DNA of 64,000 nucleotides from Alphaproteobacteria bacterium (GCA_038131485.1 JAYPPO010000002.1:710908-774907), one strand, 5' to 3'; counted from the first letter of the stretch, positions 9,537 to 18,885 are shown. Program-made: numbers and translations. The notes: generated by a model not told the origin, from the letters alone.

Positions 9537-9564
9537 AGGGCGGTTTCGGCCGCCCTTTCTCTTT
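9537..9564 (+). terminator. Rho-independent terminator after the TRAP binding-protein gene
   Basis: AGGGCGG-tttcgg-CCGCCCT hairpin followed by ttctcttt. Confidence 0.6.
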
Positions 9565-9609
9565 ACGCAATAGTCATTCTCTTGGAGCTTGGAAAGCGCA
9601 TCCGTGCCG

Positions 9610-10107
9610 CTAAAGGTCTGCTTCGGGTGGCATCCGCGCAGGCGCTCGGCTGAACTCGTTGTTTGCCTCGACAAGTTCCGTCATCAGCTTCATCAACGTC
9701 TCGCGCTTTTCTGGCGATAGCGGCTTCATTAGTTTCGACTGGGCGCGAAGCGAGGCGTGCTCCATATCGCGGGCGATCCGCGTGCCTTCCGCTGTGAGGT
9801 TTGCGATCCGCATGCGGCGATCCGTGCCGCTGCGGCGCCGATTCACAAGCCCGCGTTGTTCTAGCCGAGCGAGGACGTCGGCGACGTTGGTGCGGTCGAT
9901 CCCGGCATCCTGCGCGATCGTGATCTGGTCGGAGTCCGGTCGGTTCAGCAGCGCCGTCATCACCGCGTATTGCACGGGAGTGATGTTGTAGGCCGCGCAT
10001 TCCTCGAGGAAGATCGCGACGTGAATCTGGTGTAGCCGTCGGATCAGGTATCCGGGACGTTCCCAAAGGCTCGTTATGGAGCCGGCATGATCTCCGGTCT
10101 TTGTCAT
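9610..10107 (-). CDS. MarR family transcriptional regulator (paralog of 16786..17289)
   Basis: 165 aa. PGYLIRRLHQIHVAIFLEE...ITPVQYAVMTALL. The same N-terminal block occurs in the MarR at 16786..17289. Confidence 0.85.
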   Translation of the reverse strand: MTKTGDHAGSITSLWERPGYLIRRLHQIHVAIFLEECAAYNITPVQYAVMTALLNRPDSDQITIAQDAGIDRTNVADVLARLEQRGLVNRRRSGTDRRMRIANLTAEGTRIARDMEHASLRAQSKLMKPLSPEKRETLMKLMTELVEANNEFSRAPARMPPEADL

Positions 10108-10134
10108 CTAATGAGAATAGGCCGCCGGCACTCG

Positions 10135-10146
10135 TCAGTACACTGA
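10135..10146. promoter_or_regulatory. perfect palindrome TCAGTACACTGA in the MarR / Rieske divergent intergenic region (candidate operator)
   Basis: TCAGT-AC-ACTGA is self-complementary. The half-site GTACACTGA recurs at 10186..10194. Confidence 0.4.
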
Positions 10147-10232
10147 GATCGGCCGCAGCAGGGCTTGTCCGAATATTAAAACGGGGTACACTGATTATTA
10201 ACTTGTGCCGAGAATATTTAGGGAGACCGTCG

Positions 10233-11300
10233 ATGTTTGTCCGAAATGCCTGGTACGTGGCCGCATGGTCGAAGGATGTCGGCCGCGGGCTGCTCGGTCG
10301 AATTCTCCTCGGCGAATACGTCGTCCTATACCGCATGGCGGACGGCATGCCCGTTGCACTAGAGAACCGTTGCCCGCATCGCAACCTGCCGCTGTCGGAA
10401 GGCAACCTCGTCGGCGACAAGATCGAATGCGGCTATCACGGGATGATATTCGATTGCACCGGCGCCTGCACGCATCTGCCAGGTTCCGACGATGCACCGG
10501 GGTGGGCAACGGTGCGGTCCTATCCGGTCGCCGAGCGCCACGGCTGGGTGCTGTTCTGGCCGGGCGATCCTGAGCTCGCCGACGAGAAGTTGATCCCCAA
10601 CTATCCGGTTCATAACCTCGACGAGGAGTGGGTAAGGGTTCAGGGCCAGACGCATGTCCGGGCCGGCTACCGGCTGGTGCTCGATAATCTTCTGGACCTC
10701 TCGCATCTCACCTACGTGCATGGTTCTACGACCGGCAACCGCGACGTGGCCGAAAAGGCGCAGCTGACCGTCGAGTCCGAGGGCGACACGGTACGCATCA
10801 CGCGCTGGATGGAGGGCATAGAGCCAGCGACAGCGTTCCGTCAGTATGGCAGTTTCGAGGGCAATATCGACCGCTGGCAGATGAGCCAGTTCATCCCGCC
10901 AAGCTATATCAACATCAACAACGGTGCGGTCGATGCCGGCGTCGGTGCGGATGCTGAGACGCGCAACACCGACCAGGGTAAGTGGGGCTTTGTGGTCTAT
11001 CACGCGATGACACCTGAGACCGAGACGACCACGCACCAGTTTTGGACCGTAGCGGGGCACCAAGACAAAGTGCCGGAGGACATGCGTCAGCTGTTCTCCG
11101 ACCAGATGCATACCGTCCTCAAGGAGGATCTTATCGTCTACGAAGCCCAGCAGCGTGCAATCGATCTAGACCCGGAGGCGGTCGGGCGCGACGCCAACCC
11201 GCGCGGCACGATCCCCGCTGATGAAGCCTTGCTCGCTATGCGACGCGTGCTCCGCCGTCTCTATGGCGAAGAACAGAAGGCGGTGCAGGCCATGGAATAA
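10233..11300 (+). CDS. Rieske [2Fe-2S] non-heme iron oxygenase, VanA/phthalate-family-like alpha subunit
   Basis: Trimmed to ATG 10233 (MFVRNAWYVAAWSKDV...). Rieske motif CPHRNLPLSEG...CGYHGMIF. No reductase gene is adjacent. Confidence 0.85.
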   Translation: MFVRNAWYVAAWSKDVGRGLLGRILLGEYVVLYRMADGMPVALENRCPHRNLPLSEGNLVGDKIECGYHGMIFDCTGACTHLPGSDDAPGWATVRSYPVAERHGWVLFWPGDPELADEKLIPNYPVHNLDEEWVRVQGQTHVRAGYRLVLDNLLDLSHLTYVHGSTTGNRDVAEKAQLTVESEGDTVRITRWMEGIEPATAFRQYGSFEGNIDRWQMSQFIPPSYININNGAVDAGVGADAETRNTDQGKWGFVVYHAMTPETETTTHQFWTVAGHQDKVPEDMRQLFSDQMHTVLKEDLIVYEAQQRAIDLDPEAVGRDANPRGTIPADEALLAMRRVLRRLYGEEQKAVQAME

Positions 11301-11398
11301 AGGAATCCGTTGCTAACTGCTACGGTTGCCGAGAGTCTCTACCTGACGGCTGATTATCAATTGACGCGACCGGGTTTCCGGGTAATGTTATAAAAAGG

Positions 11399-11411
11399 GC
11401 AGTATACTACG
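11399..11411. promoter_or_regulatory. GCAGTATACTACG motif upstream of hyuA (candidate operator, copy 1)
   Basis: An identical 13-mer occurs at 15266..15278. The core AGTATACT is palindromic. It lies directly after a TATAAA -10-like element and 34 nt before the hyuA ATG. Confidence 0.45.
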
Positions 11412-11444
11412 TATTAGGAAATACGTTCGATTAAAAGGGCGCAG

Positions 11445-13520
11445 ATGACCATCACCATTCAAACGCCGCCCTGGCGCATCGGCGTAGATGTTGGCGGCAC
11501 GTTCACCGACCTCGTCGTCGCCGACAGCGAGGGCCGGACCGATGTCTTCAAGGTCCCGTCGGTGCCGAGCGATCCGGGAGAGGGCGTGCTCGCAGCGCTC
11601 GAAGCTGCATGCAAGGCGCTCGCACTTCCCGTGGCCGATTTCCTCGACAATTGCCAGTTCTTCCTGCACGGCTCGACGGTGGCGACCAATACACTGCTCG
11701 AGGGCAAGGGCGCGCGCGTCGGGCTGCTAACGACGCGCGGCTTTCGCGACAGCCTCGAGGCGCGCCGAGGTCTCCGCAGGGACCCGTGGGATCATCGTAC
11801 GCCCTATCCGCCGGTGCTCGTGCCGCGCTATCTGCGCCTGCCGGTCGGCGGACGGATCGATGCACGCGGCGCCGAGACGGAACCGCTCAACTTAGACGAC
11901 GTGCGCGCTGCCTGCGCCATCTTCCGCGAAGAATGCGTCGAATCCATCGCAGTCTGTCTGCTGAATAGCTTCATCAATCCCGAGCACGAGCGCGCCGTTT
12001 CCGAGATACTGCGCGAAGAAGGCGTTTGCGACTGGATCTCCGTTTCGTCAGAGATAGTGCCCATTATGGGCGAATATGAGCGCAGCTCCACGACAGCCGT
12101 GAACGCCTATGTGATGCCGCGTGTTGCGTCCTATCTCAGGGCCTTGCAGGACCGGCTGATCGGCATGGGTCTAAAGACGCGGCTTCTTATGCTGCAGTCG
12201 AATGGCGGTGCCGCCTCGCTCGACCAGCTCATCCGCCAGCCGGTGAACCTGCTGCTGTCCGGCCCGTCCGCGGGCGTCGGTGCAATGAGCCATCTTGCCG
12301 CCGGCATCGGCGAGAACAATCTCGTCTCGATGGAAATCGGCGGAACCAGCTGTGACGTCATGCTGATGCACGAAGGCCGCGTTGCTATTACGGATTCTCT
12401 GTCAGTCAATGACTACGATCTCGTGACTCCGTCGGTCGACATTCACACGGTCGGCGCAGGGGGCGGCACCATCGCGGGTATCGATCCGGCGGGCCTGATG
12501 TATGCCGGGCCCGAAGGCGCAGGCGCGCGGCCCGGCCCCGCAGCCTATGGGCTCGGCGGTACGCGGCCGACGGTGACCGACGCGCATCTCGTGCTTGGCC
12601 GGTTGCGGCCCGGCCCCTACGCTGGCGGCTCCGTCTCGCTTGATCTGGCGGCGGCGGAAAAAGCCATCGACGACGACGTCGCGACCCCGTTCGGCCTTTC
12701 GCGAACCGAGGCGGCCGCCGGCATCATCCGCATCGTCGAACAGAACCTGCTGCACGCGGTCGAGCGCGTCAGCATCCAGCGCGGATACAACCCAGGCCGC
12801 TTCATGCTGATCGCCTGCGGCGGCGCGGGGCCGATGCACGGCGCTAGCGTCGGTCGCCGGCTCGGCGCGAACGCCGTCTATGTGCCGCGCCAGGCGGGTG
12901 CGTTTTGCGCCATCGGCATGCAGCATGCCGACGTGCGGCGCGACTTCGTTCATGTGGTTATGCGCCAGCTCGATGACGATTCGGCGCCGGTCATCCGAGA
13001 CGGCTACCGCGCGCTCGAAGAACAGGCGCTTGCTGCGTTGAAGGAAGAGGGGTTTGATGCATCCGAGACGTCATTCGGCTATGAGTTAGACCTGCATTAC
13101 GACGGACAACAGTGGGATGTGCGCGTCGCGCTTGCTCCAGACGCCACGCCCGCCGAGATCCGCGCTGTGTTCGAGGCGGAATACGACCGCCAGTTCGGCC
13201 ACACCGTCCCCGAGAGCCGTATCAATGTCGCCAAGCTGCGGGTCGTCGGAATCGGCAAGCTGCCGCCGCTGGTTGATCCGACCTACGAAAGCACCAACGC
13301 GCCCGTAACTCCGGTCGAGACCCGGCCCGTCTATGCAGAGAGCGTGGGCGAGTTCCTTGATACGCCGGTCTATCGCGGCGCGGACCTCGCCCACGGCCAG
13401 GGTTTCGGCGGCCCCGCCATCATCGAGGAGGAGACCACGACTATCCTGGTCGGCCCCGACGACTGCGTTGCCGTCGATGCGCTTAACAATTACGTCATCA
13501 CGTTCGAAGGGGATGGTTGA
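11445..13520 (+). CDS. hydantoinase/oxoprolinase family protein, A (HyuA-like) subunit
   Basis: 691 aa. N-terminal RIGVDVGGTFTDLV and EIGGTSCDV sugar-kinase/HSP70-fold motifs typical of HyuA, acetone carboxylase beta and caprolactamase subunits. Confidence 0.85.
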   Translation: MTITIQTPPWRIGVDVGGTFTDLVVADSEGRTDVFKVPSVPSDPGEGVLAALEAACKALALPVADFLDNCQFFLHGSTVATNTLLEGKGARVGLLTTRGFRDSLEARRGLRRDPWDHRTPYPPVLVPRYLRLPVGGRIDARGAETEPLNLDDVRAACAIFREECVESIAVCLLNSFINPEHERAVSEILREEGVCDWISVSSEIVPIMGEYERSSTTAVNAYVMPRVASYLRALQDRLIGMGLKTRLLMLQSNGGAASLDQLIRQPVNLLLSGPSAGVGAMSHLAAGIGENNLVSMEIGGTSCDVMLMHEGRVAITDSLSVNDYDLVTPSVDIHTVGAGGGTIAGIDPAGLMYAGPEGAGARPGPAAYGLGGTRPTVTDAHLVLGRLRPGPYAGGSVSLDLAAAEKAIDDDVATPFGLSRTEAAAGIIRIVEQNLLHAVERVSIQRGYNPGRFMLIACGGAGPMHGASVGRRLGANAVYVPRQAGAFCAIGMQHADVRRDFVHVVMRQLDDDSAPVIRDGYRALEEQALAALKEEGFDASETSFGYELDLHYDGQQWDVRVALAPDATPAEIRAVFEAEYDRQFGHTVPESRINVAKLRVVGIGKLPPLVDPTYESTNAPVTPVETRPVYAESVGEFLDTPVYRGADLAHGQGFGGPAIIEEETTTILVGPDDCVAVDALNNYVITFEGDG

Positions 13521-15255
13521 TCCGATGGCTGAGCAGATTGATCCCGTCATCCTTGCTCTGACACAGAACCGGCTAGACCACATCTCGCACCAGATGGGCT
13601 GGGTGATGGTGCGGACGGCGCGCAGCCCGATATTTAGCCAGGCGCACGACTTTTCATGCTTCATCGCTGGGCCGACCGGCGAGGTCGTCAGCCAGGCCGA
13701 CGGCATTCCGATCCATACCGGCTCGGGCGGCTTCGGCGTCCGCGCTATCCTGCGCGACTTCGAGGGCCGCATCGCCGACGGCGATGTTTTTTTGTTGAAC
13801 GATCCGTGGGCGGCAGGCGGCAACCACCTTCCCGATTGGGTGATCGCGCGTCCTGTGTTTGTCGAGGGTCAGATGGTAGGTCTCACCTGTAACCGGGCGC
13901 ACCAGTCCGACATCGGTGGCGGCGCGGCCGGCGCCTATAATCCGGCAGCGACCGAAGCCTGGCAGGAGGGTGTGCGGCTACCCGTCCTCAAGCTGGTCGA
14001 GGCGGGGGTGATGCGGGACGACCTGTGGAAGCTTTTGATGTTAAATACGCGGACGCCGCATCTGCTCGACGGCGACCTGCGCGCGATGCTGGGTTCCACC
14101 CGAATCGGCATGGAGCGCGTCGCGGCGTTAGTCGAGGAGCTCGGCGTCAAAGAGGCGCTCGGCTACTTCAAGGGCGTGCTCGATCACGCCGACCGCTCTG
14201 TCCGCGCGGAGATCGCGCGCCTCCCCGACGGAGTCTATGAAGCCGAGGACCGTTCCGACAACGACTGCTTTGAGATCCGCGATGTTACCGTGCGCGTCAA
14301 GCTGACGATCGACGGCGACTCGATGGTCGTCGATTTCACCGGTAGCGATCCTCAGATCCGAGGCTTCAAGAACTCGTCGCTCGGCAATACCTATTCGGCG
14401 ATCTTTACCGCGCTCGCCTCGTTCCTCGATCCGCACTTGCCACACAACGAGGGCGCCTTCCGTTGCGTCGATGTGGTCGCTCCCGAAGGTACTATCGTGA
14501 ATGCGAGCGAGGGCGCGTCAACGACGATGTGCACAGTCTTTTTTGCGCACGAAATCATCCATGCCGTCTGGAAGGCGTTGGCCCAGGCCGATCCTGAGCG
14601 CGGCTGCGCCGGCTGGGCGAAGAACGTATTCGGGATTTCGGTCGGGCGCGAGGAAGGTGGCGCGCCCTACGTTTTCTATCACGGCGCCGCCGCGGCGGGT
14701 TCCGGCGCAGTCATCGGACGAGACGGGTTTAACCAGATCGGCCACGTCTGCACGCTCGGCGGGCTAACAATGCCCAACGTGGAGGTCTACGAGCAGCTCT
14801 ACCCCGTCCAGTTCCATCGTCAGGAATTCCGCATCGACGCTGCCGGGCCCGGCAAGTGGCGCGGCGGCTCCGGCTGCGACTACGAGGTGGATATCCGAAC
14901 GCCCGCGACCCATTCGTTCCGCGGCGAAGGGCTTAACTATGAGACCGGCTACGGTATCAACGGCGGCGGAAACGGCGCGTCAGGTGTCATGAATCTTCGC
15001 GAAAACGGCTATGAGAGCGAAGCGCCCAAGTTCGGGCTTAAGGAGACCGGACCTGTCCGGTTCGTCACCCGGTCGCCGGGCGGCGGCGGCTACGGCGATC
15101 CGATGGAGCGTGACCCCGAGAGTGTGCTGCGCGACGTTCGCGACGGCATCGTGTCGAAGGAAACGGCGAACGATGTGTACGGTGTTGCGATCGCGGCTGA
15201 CGGGAAGTCAATTGACGGCGTAAAAACCTCTGAAATACGTGCGGCCCGCGCTTAA
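13513..15255 (+). CDS. hydantoinase B/oxoprolinase family protein (HyuB-like subunit)
   Basis: Track ORF 13333..15255 trimmed to ATG 13513 (MVDPMAEQIDPVILALTQNRLDHISHQMGWVMVRTARSPIFSQAHDFSC...). It overlaps the hyuA stop by 8 nt, which suggests translational coupling. Confidence 0.85.
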   Translation: MVDPMAEQIDPVILALTQNRLDHISHQMGWVMVRTARSPIFSQAHDFSCFIAGPTGEVVSQADGIPIHTGSGGFGVRAILRDFEGRIADGDVFLLNDPWAAGGNHLPDWVIARPVFVEGQMVGLTCNRAHQSDIGGGAAGAYNPAATEAWQEGVRLPVLKLVEAGVMRDDLWKLLMLNTRTPHLLDGDLRAMLGSTRIGMERVAALVEELGVKEALGYFKGVLDHADRSVRAEIARLPDGVYEAEDRSDNDCFEIRDVTVRVKLTIDGDSMVVDFTGSDPQIRGFKNSSLGNTYSAIFTALASFLDPHLPHNEGAFRCVDVVAPEGTIVNASEGASTTMCTVFFAHEIIHAVWKALAQADPERGCAGWAKNVFGISVGREEGGAPYVFYHGAAAAGSGAVIGRDGFNQIGHVCTLGGLTMPNVEVYEQLYPVQFHRQEFRIDAAGPGKWRGGSGCDYEVDIRTPATHSFRGEGLNYETGYGINGGGNGASGVMNLRENGYESEAPKFGLKETGPVRFVTRSPGGGGYGDPMERDPESVLRDVRDGIVSKETANDVYGVAIAADGKSIDGVKTSEIRAARA

Positions 15256-15265
15256 AAATTAATAC

Positions 15266-15278
15266 GCAGTATACTACG
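15266..15278. promoter_or_regulatory. GCAGTATACTACG motif upstream of the DPD-like gene (candidate operator, copy 2)
   Basis: Embedded in a 22-nt imperfect palindrome AATACGCAGTATACTACGCATT. Identical 13-mer to 11399..11411. Confidence 0.45.
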
Positions 15279-15370
15279 CATTTTTCTAGAAACGCGGTCA
15301 GAAACGCGGCACAATAAAGATAGATGGCGCGGCATATTGCAGCCGCGTGTCCAAGATAGGAGAAAAGCAC

Positions 15371-16708
15371 ATGGCCGACCTCACGACGGAATTCTGCGGC
15401 ATTCCCTTTAAGAACCCGGTAGTTATCGCCTCGCTGGAAACGACAAACTCACCCGATCTGATGAAGCAGGCGTTCGACTACGGGGCGGCCGGCGCGATCA
15501 TTAAGACACTTACCGACATCGAAGACATGGCGGTGCTGACCATGAATTCGAAATACGCGATCATGAATGACCGCGGCGACATCATTAAGGGGAAGGTGCC
15601 GCGAGACTTCAAATTCTATAGCCGGTCCGGCTATTCGAGCACCTTCTACAAGGACTGGATCCCTTACCTGAAGGAGGTCGGCGCGTATGCCCGCGAGCGC
15701 GGTGCTCACCTAATCGGCAGCGCCGGCGCGAAGGATGTCGACGGCTGGAGGGACATCTGCCGGACAATCGAGGATTGTGGACTGCCGATGGTCGAACTGA
15801 ACTTCGGCTGCCCGCACCCGGCGCTGATGCCAGGGGTGCACGGCGGATCAATGATCGGCCAGGACCCTGAGGTCGCGTTCAGCGTGACCGAGGCCGTCTG
15901 CGAAGCGGTCGACATTCCAGTTGTAATCAAGCTGACGCCCGACCAGTCGAAGCCGGTCGAGATCGCCAAGGCGGTCAAGGAAGCAGGCGCCGCGGGCGTA
16001 ACTGCGACAAACCGCTATACGGCTTTCGCAGTCGACATTGAGACCGCCCAGCCGCGACTCGGCGGCACGGCCGGCATCGGCGGCACGTGGACCAAACCGC
16101 TGACGCTGCGCTACGTACACAACATCTATAAGCAGGTCGGCATTCCGATCGCCGGTTCAAACGGCGTGTTCGACCACCGCGATATCGTCGAGTTCATCAT
16201 GACCGGCGCGGACATCGTCGAGGTCGGCTCCGTCCTGATGATCAAGGGCATAAAATGGCTGCCCAACATAATCAACGGGGTCGAGCGTTTCATGGACGAA
16301 CACGGCTATCCCGACATCAAGTCGATGTACGGCATCGCGTCGGAAGCCGCAGCGACGGACTATTCCGACCAATTCGCCAAAGACCGGATCCACGCCCGCG
16401 TGAACGCCGAGACCTGCCAGAACCCGACCTGCAACGTCTGCGTCCAGATGTGTTTCTACGAGGCGCTGTCGCAGGATCCGGCTGGCAAGATCGCGGTGCA
16501 CGAGGACAAGTGCATTGGTTGCGAGCTCTGCATGGACGTCTGCCCGTTCGATTCCATCTCGATGGGCCAGACGACGCAGGAACAGTTCGCAGACGGCTAC
16601 TTTAAGATCCAGGACGAGATCTACGAACCTGCGGACGTCAAGTTCGCTACCAACCGCAACAACATGGACACCATCGAGTCCAACTCGCCGAAGATCGCGG
16701 CCGAATAA
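15371..16708 (+). CDS. dihydroorotate/dihydropyrimidine dehydrogenase-like flavoprotein with C-terminal 2x[4Fe-4S] domain (PreA-like)
   Basis: Trimmed to ATG 15371 with AGGAGA upstream. DHOD/DPD TIM-barrel character (LNFGCPHP, TATNR, IAGSNGV) plus CQNPTCNVCVQMC and CIGCELCMDVCP ferredoxin motifs. No PreT-like partner nearby. Confidence 0.8.
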   Translation: MADLTTEFCGIPFKNPVVIASLETTNSPDLMKQAFDYGAAGAIIKTLTDIEDMAVLTMNSKYAIMNDRGDIIKGKVPRDFKFYSRSGYSSTFYKDWIPYLKEVGAYARERGAHLIGSAGAKDVDGWRDICRTIEDCGLPMVELNFGCPHPALMPGVHGGSMIGQDPEVAFSVTEAVCEAVDIPVVIKLTPDQSKPVEIAKAVKEAGAAGVTATNRYTAFAVDIETAQPRLGGTAGIGGTWTKPLTLRYVHNIYKQVGIPIAGSNGVFDHRDIVEFIMTGADIVEVGSVLMIKGIKWLPNIINGVERFMDEHGYPDIKSMYGIASEAAATDYSDQFAKDRIHARVNAETCQNPTCNVCVQMCFYEALSQDPAGKIAVHEDKCIGCELCMDVCPFDSISMGQTTQEQFADGYFKIQDEIYEPADVKFATNRNNMDTIESNSPKIAAE

Positions 16709-16733
16709 GGATGTTGCTGACGGAAACGAGAAC

Positions 16734-16765
16734 GGGCGGGCCTTCGGACCCGCCCTTTACATTTT
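16734..16765 (+). terminator. Rho-independent terminator after the DPD-like gene
   Basis: GGGCGGGCC-ttcg-GACCCGCCC hairpin followed by tttacatttt. Confidence 0.65.
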
Positions 16766-16785
16766 CCGATAGCCCCGAAACCGCG

Positions 16786-17289
16786 CTAGTCGTCACCGGT
16801 CTTCAGCGGTGCGCGGCCCGCGTCGTTGTTGTCGAGCATCACTTTGACCAACAGTTCCATGAACAGCTTGCGCTCGCGTTCGCTGAGCGAGGCGGTGAAA
16901 CGGTTCTGGGCAGCCTCCATCGAGCCGTGGGCGCGCTCCACGAAGTCGCGGCCTTTCGCAGTGATGCGGGTCAGCTTGGCACGCCGGTCGCGCTCGCTAG
17001 CGACTCGCGCGACGAGGCCATGGCGCTCTAGCCGACGCAGCACGTCGGCGGCGTTGTTGCGGTCGATGCCAACCTCGGCGGCGACTGAGACCTGGTCGAG
17101 CTCGCCGCCGCGATAGAGAACGCTGAGCACCGCGTACTGGACCGGCGTCACGTCGAACGCTTTGAACTCCTCCAGAAAGATCGCGACGTGGAGCTGGTGC
17201 AGCCGACGGATCAGAAAGCCGGGACGAGACAGTAGGTCGCTGTAGCCGATCGCGCCCATGTCGGGCGCCGCTTCAGAATTAACGTTCAT
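16786..17289 (-). CDS. MarR family transcriptional regulator (paralog of 9610..10107)
   Basis: 167 aa. PGFLIRRLHQLHVAIFLEE...VTPVQYAVLSVLY...ERDRRAKLTRITAKG. Confidence 0.85.
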   Translation of the reverse strand: MNVNSEAAPDMGAIGYSDLLSRPGFLIRRLHQLHVAIFLEEFKAFDVTPVQYAVLSVLYRGGELDQVSVAAEVGIDRNNAADVLRRLERHGLVARVASERDRRAKLTRITAKGRDFVERAHGSMEAAQNRFTASLSERERKLFMELLVKVMLDNNDAGRAPLKTGDD

Positions 17290-17433
17290 GACAGCGTTTT
17301 ACACGAATTGTGCGAGGCCATACACGCCCACACGGCGAGAGCATTTGTTGAGCGGAAAGCCCTTGAACCACCGCGGATATCGGTTAGGTTCCCTGGGGAT
17401 TTTCAGAAAACTTCCAAATAAGGGGAACCGCAC

Positions 17434-18297
17434 ATGCGCATCGTAGCTTTCAAGAAGGACGGCAAGGAAAAGCTCGGCGTGAAAACCGACGCCGGTCTCG
17501 TCGATCTGTCCGTCGCGGACAAGAGCCTTCCGACCGATCTCAAGACGCTCATCGCGATGGGCAAAGGCGCGATGAACAAGGCAGCCCGCGCCGCCCAGAA
17601 AGCTTCGCCGCGCGCGATCGTGAAGGGCCGAGTGAACTATCTCGTTCCGATCAAGAATCCGGCAAAGATGCTGTGCATTGGCCTCAACTATAAGGATCAC
17701 GCCGCCGAGGCGAACCTCCAGGTGCCGTCCTATCCGGTCGTGTTTGTGCGCTTCCCGTCGTCGGTCGTCGCGCACAACCAGGCGATCGTACGGCCGAAGA
17801 TATCGAAGCATTTCGACTACGAAGCGGAGCTAGTCGCGGTCATCGGCAAGAAGGCCCGCAACGTCAAGAAGTCCGAAGCGCTCGACTACGTAGCCGGTTA
17901 CACAGTTGGCAATGAGGGCTCGATCCGCGATTACCAGATGAAAACGTCGCAGTGGCTGGTGGGCAAGAGCGTCGACAACACGGGGTCGATGGGTCCGGAG
18001 TTCGTCACTGCCGATGAACTGCCGAAGGGCGGTAAGGGTCTCAAAATCCAGTGCCGCCTTAACGGCAAGGTGCTGCAGGATTCCAACACCCGCGAGATGA
18101 TCTTCGACACCCAGACGCTGATCTACGAAATCGCGAAGGTGATGACGCTGGAGCCCGGAGACTGCATTTTCACCGGTACGCCCGCGGGCGTTGGTTTCGT
18201 TCGCAAGCCGCCGGTCCTAATGAAGGGCGGGGACAAATGCGAGATCGAGATCGAGGGGATCGGTATTCTGTCGAACCCCGTCAAGGACGAAAAATAA
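17434..18297 (+). CDS. fumarylacetoacetate hydrolase (FAH) family protein
   Basis: 287 aa. FAH-fold C-terminal domain character (KMLCIGLNYKDHA, DYEAELVAVIGK, GDCIFTGTPAGVG). AAGGGGA SD upstream. Confidence 0.85.
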   Translation: MRIVAFKKDGKEKLGVKTDAGLVDLSVADKSLPTDLKTLIAMGKGAMNKAARAAQKASPRAIVKGRVNYLVPIKNPAKMLCIGLNYKDHAAEANLQVPSYPVVFVRFPSSVVAHNQAIVRPKISKHFDYEAELVAVIGKKARNVKKSEALDYVAGYTVGNEGSIRDYQMKTSQWLVGKSVDNTGSMGPEFVTADELPKGGKGLKIQCRLNGKVLQDSNTREMIFDTQTLIYEIAKVMTLEPGDCIFTGTPAGVGFVRKPPVLMKGGDKCEIEIEGIGILSNPVKDEK

Positions 18298-18593
18298 CAT
18301 TAATTCAATAGTTTAAATCGTGCCAAAAGCGGCCGCCTCACCCGCAAGTTACTGGCGGGGAGGTGGCCGTTTTCTTTACTGTGGGCATGAGAGCCGCCCG
18401 TTTCTTCCTCACGAGCTGCTGATACTGACGTTGTCCACTGACATCGACTCCGCTGCTGACCTTAAGCCCACCGTGGTCAAACCGTTCACGTTGCAGAGAG
18501 GCTATACGTGCCTGACGGCCGAGGCGCTTTTGACCGAGCTCGCTACCGAGGAAAGCACTCGTCGTGCTCAAACTCCACGTCGATTACCGGGAC

Positions 18594-18678
18594 GACCTCG
18601 CCGAAGGCGAAGGTTGTGCGGTTCTCGTCCAAGACGGGAAGTGTGGGCTCACCCTCGGCGCCGCCACGCTGCATGACG
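18594..18678. repeat. imperfect direct repeat, copy 1 (encodes ..DDLAEGEGCAVLVQDGKCGLTLGAATLHD..)
   Basis: By hand alignment it matches copy 2 over ~81 nt with about 10 mismatches and 1 single-base indel. Confidence 0.7.
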
Positions 18679-18802
18679 CCGATCTGTTAGTGCGCCGGCG
18701 AGAACAAGGGCAAGTCGCTGCTCAGCCGCAACGTGGTGACCGAGGTGATGCGGGTCGGCGACTGGAAAGGCAGCGAGACCTCGATTTCGGTTTCGGATTT
18801 CC

Positions 18803-18885
18803 GGCTCGCCGACGGCGAAGGCTGTGCGGTTCTCGTCCAGGACGAGACGCTCGGGCCCATCCTCGGCGCCGCCACCTGCATGACG
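18803..18885. repeat. imperfect direct repeat, copy 2 (encodes ..RLADGEGCAVLVQDETLGPILGAAT..)
   Basis: See copy 1. The 1-nt indel (cacgctg vs cacctg) puts the two copies in different frames. A GTGACTCACTCG x2 micro-repeat follows at 18892..18919. Confidence 0.7.

Noticed and set aside
18691-18720. Walker-A-like string AGENKGKS in the 18.7-kb spacer
   Set aside because: GxxxxGK[ST] needs four residues between the glycines and only three are present. No other NTPase motifs follow, and the context fits an SxRN-type beta-strand domain better.
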